Part shown: positions 12,121-24,786 of the stretch, piece after piece
Position numbering within the stretch: position 1 is the stretch's first letter
How the letters are laid out: each line of letters begins with the position of its first letter
Source of the DNA: Eledone cirrhosa
Taxonomy: Eukaryota
Reading direction: 5' to 3'
Assembly: GCA_964016885.1 (NCBI GenBank)
Contig: OZ024750.1
Span: forward strand, 54,498,001-54,562,000
Length of the DNA: 64,000 nt
Notes under the pieces: generated by a model
The model's database searches: none
Told to the model about the DNA's origin: nothing
What the model saw: only the letters and a program-made list of their open reading frames with translations
Position numbers and translations under genes: made by a program

Positions 12121-14390
12121 TCATCATCATCATCATCTTCGTTTAACGTCCATTTTCCACGCTAGCATGGGTTAGACGGGAGTTGTCCCACTTGAGGCAA
12201 GGTTGGTTGGGTGACCGTGTCTTGCTCATATAGGACTATCTGGCAGGTTTTCTACGGCTGGATGCCCTTCCTAACACCAACCACATTTTCAGTGTGGAAC
12301 TGGGAACTTTTTACCGTGTAACCTACACGGCCACATTACAGCGTGAGCTGTGTGTTTTTTTTCTCGTGACACCTACACGATCTCAATCTCATTTATTTGG
12401 ACTGGATGTTGTGGTACCAACTTTACAGAGAGAGGGTGGTGTTGGTGGGTGGATAGGGTAGGGGTAGTGGATTGGGGTGTATATTTGGTTCGGAGGTGCC
12501 TACTAACTGTAAGTTTCGCTTTGTACATAGGCAAGGCGGGTCTTCTGTATTAGTGCGTAGCGCCAAAGATCTCGGTCCAGTGACATTGTCTTAGAGAGCT
12601 GCAAGTGCGTAAGGTCGGAATTTATCAGATTGTCCCAGGTTTTTCTGGGTCTATCTACTCCGTAACTACCGTCAATTTTGATCGCCCTGCATTTTTTTGT
12701 GCAGCTGTCGTCTTTCATGCACATCACGTGGCCATACCAACGTAATCTTCTCTCAAGTAAACAGCATCTGATCCCTCTTATTCCTAATTTCTCACTTAGA
12801 TCATTTTTGCTTTGCCGTTCACGTATATTACTATTACACATCCAACGGAGCATGCATGCTTCGTTCCTTTCCAGTCTGCGCAGGTCCTCTGCACGTAATG
12901 CCCATGTCTCACTGCCATGTAGCATTGCTGTTCGTATACAAGCATCATACAATCTGCCTTGCATTTTTAGAGAGAAACCTTTTGTAGCCAACAGTGGTAT
13001 AAGCTCTCTGAACTTTTTCCATCCCGTTCTGACTCTGACTTCAGTCTTAGACAAGTTAACTTTAAGGCCTTTTGATTCTAGGCCATGCTTCCATGTTTGG
13101 AATTTCTTTTCTAGTTCAGCCATTGATTCAGCTATGAGCGTTAGAATAATCTGCGTATAGGAGTTCCTATGGGCAGCCGGTCTTGAACTCCTCTGTTATA
13201 GCCTGAAGAGCAATAATAGATAGGAGGGGGCTAAGGACAGAGCCTTGGTGAACACCAACTTTTACTCTAAATTCTTCATAATATTCATTGTTAATTCTAA
13301 CCTTACTGACTGTTTCATTATACATAGCTTGTATAGCTCTCACAAGCCATTCATCTACACCTAGTTTTCTAAGAGCCCACCAGATAATGGAGTGGGGGGA
13401 CTCTGTCAAAGGCTTTCTCCAGGTCTACAAAAGCTAAGTAGAGGGGTTTACTTTTAGCTAGGTACTTCTCTTGTAGTTGTCATACAAGGAAAAGAGCATA
13501 TGTGGTACTTTTACCTGACACAAACCCAAACTGCATTTCATCTAGATCAATTCGCTCTCTGATTAGTTGCGCTATAACTCTTTCTGTGACCTTTATGACC
13601 TGGTCAATTAACTTAATGCCTCTATAGTTTCCTCTATCTAGAGCATCTCCTTTACCCTTGTAGCAGTTAATGATGATGCTACTACGCCACTCTTTTGGTA
13701 TGACTCCATTTTGTATTACTTGGTTACCTATACGGGTGACCATAGGATGTCCCACCATTCCAGATGCCTTCAATATCTCAGCAACTATCTCCGAAGGCCC
13801 AGCTGCCATGCCTGTCTTCATATCTTTGATTTTTGGTCCTCACGCTGTAGAACATGCTTGAACTTTCTTTCTTCTGCTTCCCTTTTTGCAAGGTACACTT
13901 GTCTCCTAGCTTATCTCCTGGCCACTTGATAGTGCTCTCTCCTACCCCCATCCTGCCATACTTTCCAAGCCTGCTTTTTGGCCTTGATTGTCTCTTCTAT
14001 CTTACTGTTCCCCCACCAAGTTACTCTCCTCCTGCCAATAGGTCTGCTCCAGCCACAGATTTCATCCGTTGTTTTCAGCAGGTTCACTTTCAAGAATTGC
14101 CACTGTTCCTCTATATTGCACGTCTCTAATTGCTCTTCCTTATTGTCAAAGGCATCAAGTAATAAGCTTTTAAATTTGTCACTGGCTATGGGGTCCTTCA
14201 ACTTCCATATTCTTCTCCTCAAGGTAGACCTCCTCTGTCGTCGAGTACGTCTATTCCTGACTATGAGGTCACTAACTACAAGGCTATGTTGGGAGGTACA
14301 TTCTTCACGGGGGAGGGATTTAGTGTTTACAACAGACACTTTGTCCCGTCTTCTCTTAAGGATATAATCTATCTGGCTGGCGTGTTCCCC
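12121..14390 (-). mobile_element. RTE LINE (family A-like), decayed and internally deleted
   Basis: Broken ORFs contain SQIDYIL, NYRGIKL, QFGFV and GVHQGSVLSPLL; (CAT)n tail at 12121. Confidence 0.9.
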
Positions 14391-15011
14391 CACCAGTTGG
14401 TGCTACTAGTAACATGTATCCCAGTACAACCTGTCTCATGGTCGGGTCGTTGGCGACTAAACTGGCAACCCCACCAATAAACTGGCAACCCCACCAAGGT
14501 TTCTTGGTGAGGAGGGTGACTTTGGACATCCTGCAGGACTAAAAACAAAACCTGTCAAAGGGCAAAGGAGCTCTTAAGAGTCAATGGCCATCCAAAATCA
14601 CCGGGAGAGAATGACCCTTAGCCTTTGTCAAGGCAGAATTCTAGGAGAAGGAAAACTCTGATATAACACCTGCAACCCTGATGGTATCCAATGATGTTGA
14701 CTTGTTCTTCTTTTTGGTAAATATCATCTTGGTTAAGAGAGTGGGACTGGCTTTGTGCAGTGCCTTTGCTCACTATAAAAGCTTCACGGCACAGGCATTG
14801 CTTTATATCTGGAGATCTCTCTGCACTTGTCGTCACATGGTGCCATGTGCCCAGCACTATGTGTCAATGATTGTCACAGGTGTAGTGTTTGTACCAGAGT
14901 TTTCAAGTCGCTGGCTGGACTAAAAAGTCACACTTGTTTAGCGCATCGGTAGGGGTTCTCCTAGATGGATATAAAGTAGTGGCCGTACTCGAAAACGAGT
15001 TGGCAGCCACC
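14391..15011. repeat. ~620-bp dispersed repeat, copy 1
   Basis: Highly similar to 56797-57400 along its length; no clear coding potential. Confidence 0.8.
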
Positions 15012-15595
15012 ATGTATGTATGTATATATATATATATATATATATTTTATTTTGTGTATCTGTATTTTTATGTAATTGCATACCTCGTGTATTTGTTTAT
15101 TTTTATTTGGTTTTACCCCTCCCCTCTCTTATCGTTGTCAATGTGCATTCTCTGTCTATTTTTTCATTCTTTATTTTTTTATTTTTGACTTTGAATATTT
15201 TTTGTTCTTATTCATTTATTCATTTATTCTTATTACTTCATGTATATGCATGTGTATGTATTTTGTCCTTGCCGGTTGATACATATACGCTTATGTGACA
15301 GCTTATGTCTACGTACCTTTTAAGTATATACGCGTGGTTGAGTGTGTGTATGTTTGTTTGTTTATTTATTTTTATTTTTTCTTATATGTGTGTGTGTATA
15401 TATCATCATTTCATCATTTCATTTTACGTCCGCTTTTCCCTGCTTGCAAGGGTGGGACGGGAACTGTGTGTGTGTATATATACATATATATATAGATATT
15501 CCTTTTCTTTTTCGCTCGTTATTTCCTCAGCTTCACTTTCATATTTCTTATATTTTTGTTTTCAAATCTACATTTAATAAAAACACCATCTTTTA

Positions 15596-15653
15596 TTCAT
15601 TCTGACGACTGAAAGCAGATTTATTCGCTTTCAAGAAACCACTGGTAAATGAA
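15596..15653 (+). ncRNA. Minimal type I hammerhead (family 1)
   Basis: TTCATT-CTGACGA-C-TGAAAGC..GCTTTCA-A-GAAA-CCACTG-GTA-AATGAA. Confidence 0.82.
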
Positions 15654-15730
15654 ATGATTATATTATGTTTTTTATTACATAACTATATATATATACACCT
15701 ATATATATACATACACATATATATATATTC

Positions 15731-15776
<46 letters not shown>

Positions 15777-15802
15777 ATATATATATCCATATATATATAT
15801 AT

Positions 15803-15842
<40 letters not shown>

Positions 15843-15920
15843 ATATATATATCCATATATATATATATATCCATATATATATATATATATATATCCATAT
15901 ATATATATATATATATATAC

Positions 15921-15953
<33 letters not shown>

Positions 15954-15973
15954 CATATTTATATATATATATA

Positions 15974-16280
15974 TCATCATCATCATTTTACGTCCTCTTT
16001 TCGCTGCTTGCAAGGGTTGAACGGGTCCTATTCAACACAACATCTCTCCACTTGTCATGGTCCTTCGTCATCTCCTCGGTGAGTTTCAGCGGTCTGAGGT
16101 CTGCTCTCCAGCCGTCGCATATCCTCTGCAGTTGCTGCACATGTCTCACTACCATGCAGCATCACACATCTCACACAGGCATCATATAACCATCCTTTCG
16201 TCCGCAAGGCAAAACCCTTTGTCAACAAAGGAAGCAGCTCCCTAAATTTCTTCCAACCTGTCCTTATTCTAGATACTATA
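15974..16280 (-). mobile_element. RTE LINE (family C) deleted 3' fragment
   Basis: Matches parts of the 3' end of the intact element at 59242-59810. Confidence 0.8.
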
Positions 16281-16321
16281 TATATATATATTCATATATA
16301 TATGTATATACATATATATAT

Positions 16322-16661
16322 ATCATCATCATCATCATTTTACGTCCGCTTTTCCTTGCTTGCAAGGGTGGGACGGGAACTGATTCTGGCTTGATTTCTA
16401 CAGATAGATGCCCTTCCTAACACCAACCTCATTTACATTGAATGTTGGGTGCTTTTTTGCCGTGGCACCTCCACGACCACTTTGCAGTGGAATGATATGG
16501 ACCCCTGTCCCTATCATCTCATTTCTACAGCTGAGTAAACTGGAGCAATGTGAAATAAAGTGCCTTGCTCAAGGAAACAACACATCACCTGGTCTGAGAA
16601 TTGAACTCACAACCTTTCGATTGCAAGGCCAATGCTCTAACTACTAAGGCATGTGCTTCCC
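16322..16661 (-). mobile_element. tRNA-headed SINE with RTE-derived body and tail
   Basis: Reverse complement of the copies at 17853-18185 and 49959-50300. Confidence 0.88.
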
Positions 16662-16673
16662 ATATATATATTC

Positions 16674-16768
<95 letters not shown>

Positions 16769-16934
16769 TATAGAAATATATATATATATAGAAATAGCCG
16801 TCGAAATGGCTTGAGCTCTGCTGTTGGGGTTAAACATTTTCCTATTACCACTCTACTACCCTAAGTATTGAGTACTTGGTGTGTTATGGTCCATCTGGTT
16901 CCTAGCCACACCTCCTTCATTATATATATATATA

Positions 16935-17588
16935 TAAGTATGTATACGTACATACATATATGTATACAGACATACACTAGTATCTATATACATACATACA
17001 TGCACACATGTATATATGTACGTATGGGTTTACCGAACATTTATAATAATGCTTGGTTTGTTTGTAACCAAACAGCCCGAATTAGTAGTCGTACAGTGTT
17101 CGGGAACCATCATTGCCCTTTTCTTCAACACTGACTAAGGAACGATGAACTAGTTTCTAGCTTATTAGCTGTCATCAGCATCGTATACCAGTCAGTCGAC
17201 TGAACGTTTGAAAGTATATACTTTCCTCATGCATATTAACAGCTGAGCAGCCTAATTTGCATATCGAGTGAGTTAGTCGGGCCGGGTGTACCGAAAACGA
17301 TAAATGGAAAAAAATGAAATTTCATTTCTCACTCTTAGTATGGCTGATATATAAGTATGTATACGTACATACATATATGTATACAGACGTACACTAGTAT
17401 GTATATACATACATACATGCACACATGTATATATATATATACGTATGGGTTTACCGAACATTTATTATAATGCTCGGTTTGTTTGTAAACAAACAGCCCG
17501 AAATAGTAGCCGTACAGTGTTCGACAACCATCGTTGTCCTTTTGTTCAACACTGACTAAGGAACGATGAACTAGTTTCTAGCTTATTA
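16935..17588 (-). mobile_element. Retrozyme-like element copy 2 (~421-bp monomer)
   Basis: GGAACGATGAACTAGTTTCTAGC recurs 421 bp apart; the second hammerhead is truncated. Confidence 0.75.
17142..17184 (-). ncRNA. Minimal type I hammerhead (family 4)
   Basis: Minus strand: ACGATG-CTGATGA-CAGCT AATA AGCTA-GAA-ACTAGT-T-CATCGT. Confidence 0.88.
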
Positions 17589-17852
17589 TATATATATATG
17601 TATGAGCAAGGCATGGTCAGCCGACCAGACACTGCCCACAACAGGACAACCCGTCTAACCCATGCTAGCATGGAAGAACGGACGTAAAACGGTGATGATG
17701 ATGATGATGATGATATATATATATACATGTCAATACTCATCTTTTTCCATTTCTCCGAGGGTTCTTAACCCCACTACCAGGCTAAATAATTTCTTTAATT
17801 TCTTTAGTCAAAATACAGCGATAGCTTATATTTCTAATATATATATATATAT

Positions 17853-18185
17853 GGAGGCACATGGCTTGGTGGTTGGAGCAATCGAAAGGTTGTGAGGTTC
17901 AATTCTCAGACCGGGTGATGTGTTGTTTCCTTGAGCAAGACACTTTATTCACATTGCTCCAGTTCACTCAGCTGTAGAAATGAGATGATAGGGACTGGGG
18001 TCCATATCATTCCACTGCAAACTGGTCGTGGAGGTGCCACGGCAAAAAAGCACCCAGCACTCACTGTAAATGAGATTGGTGTTAGGAAGGGCATCCAGCT
18101 GTAGAAATCAAGCCAGAATCAGTTCCCGTCCCACCCTTGCAAGCAGGGAAAAAGCGGACGTAAAATGAAATGATGATGATGATGA
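17853..18185 (+). mobile_element. tRNA-headed SINE with RTE-derived body and tail
   Basis: A box TGGCTTGGTGG and B box GGTTCAATTC; tail CCCGTCCCACCCTTGCAAGCAGGGAAAAAGCGGACGTAAAATG. Confidence 0.88.
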
Positions 18186-18257
18186 TACCTATATATGTAT
18201 ACCTATATATATATTCATATATACATATATATATATTCATATATACATATATATATA

Positions 18258-18289
<32 letters not shown>

Positions 18290-18669
18290 CATATATATAT
18301 ATATATTTATATATATATATATATATATACAGTCCATGCTGTAATGTGGCCGTGTAGGCAACACGGTAAAAACCTCCCAGCCCCACACTGTAAATGTGGT
18401 TGGTGTTAGGAAGGGCATCCGGCTGTAGAAAACCCGCGTGACAGTCCTATGCGAGCAAGACAATCACTATTGCCTCAAGTGGGAAAACCCCCATCCAAAC
18501 CCATGCAAGCGTGGAACACGGACATTAAACGTTGATGATGATGATATATATATATAGTAATAATAATAAATGTGAAGACTAAAATCGAAAGAGGGCTCGA
18601 TAAGGATAAATATATAACAAATATATAAGAACCCTAGAGCAAATATTTATTAAAATGACAGATTAAAGT

Positions 18670-18939
18670 TTAAAGGGTGATTTCCAAGTACCCCATAATG
18701 AGGTTGGCGTAAGAGGGAGCCGTTTTCGTGCCCATGGCAGTCCCGGATTTCTGTCTGTAGAATTTGGTTCTGAATTCCAAGTAGTTATTCTCCAAGATAA
18801 ATTTGAGCCCTTCTATTATATATTCTTTTATGATGCGGTGTGGTAGTTCATAGGGGTAATTTTCTAACCAGAATTGGATTGCCTCTATTCCTAGGTTGTG
18901 TGGGATATTGGAAATAAGGTTGACCACATCAAAAGACAC
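18670..18939 (-). pseudogene. Penelope-like RT fragment
   Basis: SFDVVNLISNIP and GTAMGTKTAPSYANLIMGYLE correspond to PLE RT motifs A and B'. Confidence 0.88.
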
Positions 18940-18949
18940 TAGTGTTTTG

Positions 18950-19150
18950 GGGAGGTAAATTTGAGGATAGCCTCAGTAGGATAGAAGAGATCCTTGACAA
19001 ACTGGACCAGGGTCTCAACATTCTACTGCTGGGAGACTTCAACCTGCCAAAGGTCAAATGGCCTGAGGGCCACCTCCTCCCTGGAATGACATCACTAGAA
19101 CAGAGACAGACGGCATCCCTGCTGGCCCTCACACACAGGCTGTTCATGGT
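18950..19150 (+). pseudogene. CR1/L2-type APE endonuclease fragment
   Basis: ILLLGDFNLPKVKW motif; followed by an RTE family C tail at 19170-19400. Confidence 0.7.
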
Positions 19151-19415
19151 ATGGACATGGGATGCACATGGAGGACGACCGCTGAGTAAAGAGGTGCCAA
19201 GAAATGCCAGTACAAGGCAGACGCAGTAGAGGAAGACCACAAAAAACATGGGCGGAGGTGGTGAGAGCAGACCTCAGATCACTGAAGCTCACGGAAGTGA
19301 TGACGAAGGACTGTGACAAGTGGAGAGATGCTGTGCTGAATAGGACCCGTCCACCCTTGCAAGCAGGGAAAAGCAGACGTAAAATGATGATGATGATGAT
19401 GATTATATATATAAT

Positions 19416-19522
19416 CTGAGGATTTGATCAGAGGTAAACACTGTATTTAAGGTCGTGTGACGCAACTTCGAGTGATTAGCGGCCTTTAGACTCACCTGAT
19501 CAATGAAACAATTGTTAATACT
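19416..19522 (+). ncRNA. Hammerhead with long stem II (family 5), 5' strand of stem I lost
   Basis: CTGAGGA-TTTGATCAG..CTGATCAAT-GAA-ACAATTGT-T-AATACT. Confidence 0.65.
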
Positions 19523-20121
19523 TGAAATAAAGCCCCTTGTTGTACAGCAAAAAAGCACCCAGCCCACACTGTAAAGTGGACGTGTAGGCGCCACGGAAAA
19601 AAGCACCCAGCACTCACTGTAAATGAGGTTGGTGTTAGAGAGGGCATCCAGCTGTAGAAATCAAGCCAGAATCAGTTCCCGTATGAACAAGACAAGGTCA
19701 GCCGACCGGACACTGCCCACAACAGGACAACCCGTCTAACCCATGCTAGCATGGAAGAACGGACGTAAAATGGTGATGATGATGATGATATATGTATATA
19801 TGTATGTATATATCTATATGTAAGTATATATGTATTTATATATATGTATATATGTATCTATATATATGTATGTATGTATGTATATATATGTATGTATATG
19901 TTCTTCTGGTTTTATAATTTCACAAATTTTTGCCAATAGAGAGTTGGTTTCTAACATAGTTACAAGACTCTCTCATTGGAATTTACACATCAACTAGGTA
20001 GATATGTATGCATGTCTGCATGTGTAGGTATGGATGTTATTGTATGTGTGGATGTGGATGTTTTGAGTTGTATGTGTGCATGTATATATGCTTTGTATCT
20101 GTACATGTGTATATGCAGTTA

Positions 20122-20770
20122 TTAGATGCAAAATTTTTGGAATGTTTTACATATTTTTACTGTTCCATTAATGGATTGTACTTGTAATTTCCTAACTAGT
20201 TGTGTTCTTTCTGTTTCTGTGAAGCCCAGCTTCTCAAGATTTGTATTGAGGCAGTTACTAATATATCTGAGTGCCCCAATAATCACAGGCATTAATCTGA
20301 AGGTGTAATCAGGGTGGAGTATCTGCAGATTTCTCATCAGTTCTGCATAAATATTCTCCTTTTCGCTAATCTTTGATATTATATTGGCATCTGCTGGGCA
20401 GCTAACTTCCACTACTGTGCATGCCTTCTTTTCCCTGTCCCATATAATATCTGGTCTGTTATGCCTGCATTTTATTGGGGTTTTTACTGGAACATTCCAC
20501 CAGTATTCTTCCATATTATGTACATGGATGTCTTCCACATTGCTGTAGCTTTTAATATGTTTATTATCGGGGCTATCTTTTTTACGAATTGCATTGTACA
20601 GTGTTTTGGCCACTAGATCATGCCTCATAGATATTACCGCGATGACATCTTTGGACAGCTGCTTATGGATGACATCTCTGGTGTTAATTCTGCAGAGTCT
20701 GCAATTGTTAATCACATCTAGGTGTTTTGCCTGCATCCCTATCTCTTTTGTGAATCAGGTATTTTGTGTT
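20122..20770 (-). pseudogene. R4/Dong-clade non-LTR element C-terminus (Zn knuckle plus restriction-like endonuclease)
   Basis: CRLC, RHDLVA, HNRPDII, VEVSCP, EKENIY and PVIIGAL. Confidence 0.85.
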
Positions 20771-20787
20771 GATTTCCTGAATATGTA

Positions 20788-20827
<40 letters not shown>

Positions 20828-20937
20828 AAGAGTGAAGAATAACATGGTCAACAATACAAAAAGGGTTTATTTACAGTATTAACAATTGTTTCATTGATTA
20901 GGGTGTTTAAAGGTTGCTAATCACTCAAAGTTGTGTC

Positions 20938-22425
20938 ATCATCATCATCATCGTTTTACGTCCGTTCTTCCACTTAGCATGGGTTAGACGGGTTGTCCTG
21001 TTGTGGGCAGTGACCAGTTGGCTGACCTTGTCTTGCTCATACAGGAACTGATTCTGGCTTGATTTCTACAGTTGATTGCCCTTTCTAACACCAACCTCTT
21101 TTACAGTGAGTGCTGGGTGCTTTTTTCCGTGGCGCCTACACGTCCATTTTACAGGGTGGGCTGGGTGCTTTTTTACCATGGCACCTCCACGACCACTTCG
21201 CAGTGGGAGCATATTGTCTATATGCTTCAGCTTGTTCCTGTGGGTCGGGTCTTCTGTATTACTGCGTGACGCCAGAGGTCACGGTCATGTGTCATTGCTC
21301 TTGAGAGGTGCAATTGGGTAAGGTCGGTCTTTATCACCTCATCCCAGGTCTTCTTGGGTCTCCCCACTCTGCGGCTTCCATCGACTTCTACTGCTCTGCA
21401 CCTTTTTTTGCAGCTGTCATCGTTCATACGCATCACATGTCCATACCAATGTAACCTCCTCTCCCGCACACAGAATTTGATTCCTCTTATGCTCAGTCTC
21501 TCTCTCAATTCGTTTATACGTTGCCGTTCGCGTATATTACTATTACACATCCATCGGAGCATGCAGGCTTCGTTTCTTTCTAATCTGTGCAAGTCTTCTA
21601 CAGACAGTGTCCAGGTTTCAGTTGCATGTAACATTGCTGTTCGTATACAAGCATCATACAGTCTGCCTTTCATTTTGAGGGGAAAGTCTTTTGCAGCTAG
21701 CAGTGACAGTAGCTCCCTGAACTTCTTCCATCCTGTTCTTACCCTAGTTATGTTAATTTCCGAACATCCACCTCCGCTGATAATTCGGTCACCTAGGTAG
21801 CAGAAGCTGTCTACTGTTTCTACAGAGCCCTCCCAGAGTTTGGTGGTGCTTGTTTCCTGTGGTCGTGTGCTGCTTGCTGTCCCAGCGCAGCTGCTACATA
21901 TGAAGCCTACATTCTTAGTTAAACTTCCTGAGATCCCACTACATCTCTTGTGTACCCATTATTTGCATTTGGGGCAGAGGATGAAGTTCCTACCTACACC
22001 TTTCCTACATACTGAGCGAGGCCATTTCCCTGAGGGAATCTAGGTTCTGTTTTCTCGTCTACTTACAAGAACCTTAGTCTTTGTCAGGTTGACTTTGAGA
22101 CCCTTTCTTTCTAGTCCCTGCTTCCATGTTTGGAATTTCTTCTCTAGTTCCACCATGGATTCAGCTATAAGTGCGAGATCATCCGCATACAGGAGTTCCG
22201 ATGGGCATCCGGTCTTAAACTCCTCCGTTATTGCCTGCAAAACTATAATGAACAGGAGAGGGCTAAGAACAGAGCCCTGGTGGACACCAACCTGTATGCT
22301 AAATTCCTCGCTATATTCATTGCAAACTCTAACTTTGCTGACTGCTCCTCTATACATGGCTTCTACAGCTTTCACAAGCCATTCATCTACTCCTAATTTT
22401 CTAAGAGCCCACCAGATTGTAGCAC
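20938..22425 (-). mobile_element. RTE LINE (family B-like), 5'-truncated
   Basis: GVHQGSVLSPLLF, LLYADDL and a (CAT)n tail. Confidence 0.9.
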
Positions 22426-22433
22426 GGCGGACT

Positions 22434-22760
22434 CTCAACCTTAAATACAGTGTATGCGTAATCAAATCATTCCGATGATTTGATTAGGCATACACTGTAT
22501 TTAAGGTTGAGTGACACAACTTCGAGTGATTAGCAACCTTTAGACATCCTAATCAATGAAACAATTGTTAATACTGTAAATAAAACCCTTTTTGTACTGT
22601 TGACCATGTTATTCTTCACTCTTTCACTATTATTATTCCAAGATTAACCTGCATAGGAATTCCTGTGAACTCGCCACCTAACTAAAGAAACCTCTTGTTG
22701 AGTCAAACAACGCCGTACGTTAAAACTATCACAACCTCTAACTGGATTACCTAAAAGGAT
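22434..22760 (+). mobile_element. PLE-type terminal repeat with 5' fold-back and family-5 hammerhead (22472-22576)
   Basis: 37-bp inverted arms at 22434-22511; CCGATGA-TTTGATTAGG..CCTAATCAAT-GAAACAATTGTT. Homologous to 32760-33078 (minus) and 20822-20938 (minus). Confidence 0.72.
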
Positions 22761-23719
22761 AATTTGTTATCCCATATATATATATGGGATAACATGTCCA
22801 ACCCATGCCAAACTACACACATGCACACACACACACACTTATGTTTGGGATATAGTAACATGTTATACTGTGGCTTATATTATCTTTCTCTGAACACCAT
22901 CATTATCTTATGTCTGAATTCCTTGCTGGCATGGGTTGGACATGTTGTCACAGTCTGAGACTGAATGTATTGGAGAGACCTAAGCTCATACATTTCATAT
23001 TTGGTATTGTTATGTATACTATGTATTGTATAATAACCCTGCCACTTATCTTGACAATTTTTGCTGCTTAGGAATGGTATCCCATATGTCCAATCATATA
23101 AACTGGGAAATTTGTATTTTCATAAGAGAAACCCCATAGTTTATGTTGATTACTGATACATGGATACATGGAAGTGATTAAAGATAATCATATTTTAATT
23201 TATTTGTAGGATATAATTACATTAATGTACTGCATATATCTACAAATGACATACAGGATTAAATGTATGAGTAACTTTGGAGAAATAATTATTTACAGGG
23301 ATAAATGTAGGGTTAGAACCTAAGTCCTTGAGATTGGAAAACAAACTTCTTATTGTTGCAGGTGTTTTAATGATAGGGAGCCCATTCCTATCATGAAAAG
23401 AACTGCTCACATTTATGTAGACTTAGCTGACCGCTTACAAGGTTACATCTCATAGGAGGTTTCTCAGGAGCCCTGTCCTATCATGAAAAGAACAGTTTAC
23501 ATATAGGTTTAAACAAGGAGATTCAGGAAGGAGCAGGGGTTTGATGGAAGGTCATCCCAGGTAGGGCTCATCTAGGGTTGAACAACAAAGTGTTAGAGAA
23601 GGCAGGGGTTCATATTTCAAATATGAAATGGAATTGATAATATTAGTGTTTCATTGTAGGTTTTCTCGAATAGGCATCAAGAGATGTTTTAATAACAACA
23701 AGGGACCATTGGATTACTA

Positions 23720-24110
23720 AGGTCAGTGTAGTAGTGAAAGGTCACTGTAGTAGTGTGAGAGGTGACTGTAGTAGTGAGAGAGGTCACTAGTAGTGAGAGG
23801 TCACTGTAGTAGTGAGAGAGGTCCCTGTAGTAGAGAGATCACTGTAGTAGTGAGAGGTCACTAGTAGTGAGAGGTCACTGTAGTAGTGAGAGAGGTCACT
23901 AGTAGTGAGAGGTCACTGTACTAGTGAGAGAGGTCACTGTAGAAGTGAGAGGTCACTAGTGAGAGGTCAATGTAGTAGTGAGAGAGGTCACTGTAGTAGT
24001 GAGAGATGTCACTGTAGTAGTGAGAGATGTCACTGTAGTAGTGAGAGAGGTCACTAGTAATGAGAGAGGTCACTGTAGTAGTGAGAGAGGTCACTGTAGT
24101 AGTGAGAGAG
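23720..24110. repeat. ~16-21-bp minisatellite GAGAGGTCACTGTAGTAGTGA
   Basis: Tandem copies of variable length. Confidence 0.93.
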
Positions 24111-24387
24111 TACTATATTATATGGCTAACTAGAACCAGTGCTATATTATATGGCTAACTAGAACCAGTGCTATATTATATGGCTAACTAGAACCAGTGC
24201 TATATTATATGGCTAACTAGAACCAGTGCTATATTATATGGCTAACTAGAACCAGTGCTATATTATATGGCTAACTAGAACCAGTGCTATATTATATGGC
24301 TAACTAGAACTGGTGCTATATTATATGGCTAACTAGAACCGGTGCTATATTATATGGCTAACTAGAACCGGTGCTATATTATATGGC
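24111..24387. repeat. 29-bp minisatellite, ~9.5 copies
   Basis: Unit TATATTATATGGCTAACTAGAACCAGTGC. Confidence 0.95.
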
Positions 24388-24515
24388 CTTGGGGCCTTAT
24401 TTTTCTTTTATTGCTGTAGTAGGATGAAAGATTGGAGTATCAGTGATAACCCCAAATACCTGAAAACCTACAAGTTAGTTATGGAACTGAGTCTTTCATG
24501 TAGCAACAGTATACC

Positions 24516-24786
24516 ACATGTTTCTGCTATGTCTTAGATTCCTAAGAATGACTAACCATAAAAATTGCATTAATTGTGTTTTAGTTGTCTAAGTTATAAC
24601 TTAGACAACTAAAACGCATTATTCTCCTTCGTAGGGTAACAACTTTAGTAACTTTATAGCTTTTGAAAATCGTATCTCTTCTGGAAAAAATTTGTGATAA
24701 CCATTTTACTGGGACTTGTATGCCATAATTAATGCAATTTTTATGGTTAGTCATTCTTAGGAATCTAAGACATAGCAGAAACATGT
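24516..24786. mobile_element. MITE with ~60-bp terminal inverted repeats
   Basis: ACATGTTTCTGCTATGTCTTAGATTCCTAAGAATGACTAACCATAAAAATTGCATTAATT at the left end and its reverse complement at the right; internal 32-bp palindrome at 24581-24612. Confidence 0.85.

Noticed and set aside
16791-16822. GAAATAGCC..GGCT possible hammerhead 3' half
   Set aside because: The 5' half is absent, replaced by microsatellite, so it cannot be supported.
23200-23460. Possible host exons after TTTGTAG / TTGCAG acceptors
   Set aside because: The frames are short, have stops and show no recognisable protein similarity. Small exons cannot be excluded without RNA data.
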